From assembly GCA_030141605.1 (NCBI GenBank), contig JAQGDQ010000521.1, positions 62,001 through 126,000 of the forward strand: a stretch of 64,000 nucleotides of DNA, read 5' to 3'. The stretch is from Tubiluchus corallicola (lineage: Eukaryota; Animalia; Priapulida). The position numbers were made by a program, and so were the translations under genes. Below, piece after piece: positions 63,441-64,000 of the stretch (positions are counted from its first letter, which is position 1; every line of letters starts with the position of its first letter). The notes under the pieces are model-generated. The model ran no database searches, was not told the origin of the DNA, and saw nothing but the letters and a program-made list of their open reading frames with translations.

Positions 63441-63921
63441 CAGCGGCGGATTATGATTTTATGGGCCTTAGGCTTGAGCTTGGAACGGGCCTTTTAAATG
63501 TTGCTACACTGCTGAGCTGACGTGTTTTTGTGGAGCTCTCGTCGTTTGTAAGTTTGTTTAATTTTGTGAGTTTTTGCCCACCGATTGTGATAAAATGGAC
63601 TTTTCAGAAATTATAAATGACTTTGCCCCAGAAAAATTCGGAAACTGAAATTTTGAACTTAAACTTAAACTGTGTAAACGTGAATTGTGTAAACTTAAAT
63701 TGTGTAAACTTGAATTGTGTAAACTTAAATTGTGTAAACTTGATTTGTGTAAACCCAATTTGAAATATAGTGACTGACTTTTGAAAAAAAGAGCCCCTTG
63801 CTCTTTTGTCAATTTATTTTTTTTAACAAAAAAAAATTGTTTTCGTTTTATTTTGCCTGGCCCCTTTTGATCCCGGGCCTTAGGCTTCAGCCTATTCAGC
63901 CTATAGGGCTATCCACTACAG
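63441..63921. mobile_element. hAT-type MITE with 8-bp target site duplication in a mei-P26 intron
   Basis: TCCATTAT at 63433-63440 and 63922-63929; decayed TIRs CAGCGGCGGAT and ATCCACTACAG; internal direct repeat GGGCCTTAGGCTT and a 15-bp tandem array. Confidence 0.88.
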
Positions 63922-64000
63922 TCCATTATTCTTGCTAGTAGAATTTTTAGATACCTATTACATAATTTTAATAACTTTGATAACAATGTAAATACAGCAT

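Noticed and set aside
63558-63812. ORF with SLHNL repeats
   Set aside because: Translation of the 15-bp minisatellite inside the MITE.

Overview
This is AT-rich eukaryotic (invertebrate, probably lophotrochozoan) genomic DNA, not prokaryotic, so most entries in the six-frame ORF track are either exon fragments or spurious. I rebuilt six intron-containing genes by hand from GT-AG sites, phase continuity and recalled protein motifs: (1) last coding exon of an RPGRIP1L-like gene (+, 2029-2138); (2) coactosin-like gene (-, 4 exons, 3333-5924, 130 aa); (3) compact GARRE1/KIAA0355 orthologue (+, 8 exons, 13407-21267, about 596 aa); (4) twisted gastrulation (-, 4 exons, 27161-30696, about 255 aa, with an extra acidic Tyr-rich tail exon); (5) SLC6 B0AT-type neutral amino acid transporter (+, 9 exons, 34509-50841, about 681 aa); (6) 3' part of a mei-P26/NHL-2 TRIM-NHL gene (-, 59863-63120, continuing beyond the window). 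Mobile and repeat DNA includes an internally deleted hAT transposon with an apparent 6-bp target duplication next to a tsg splice acceptor, a hAT-type MITE with a perfect 8-bp TSD, a CR1/L2 LINE 3' end, a foldback-like element, and several minisatellites, some with higher-order structure. Family assignments rest on remembered sequence motifs; no database search was run. I found no CRISPR array, rRNA or tRNA, and no convincing wholly new system. The best leads are listed as findings.
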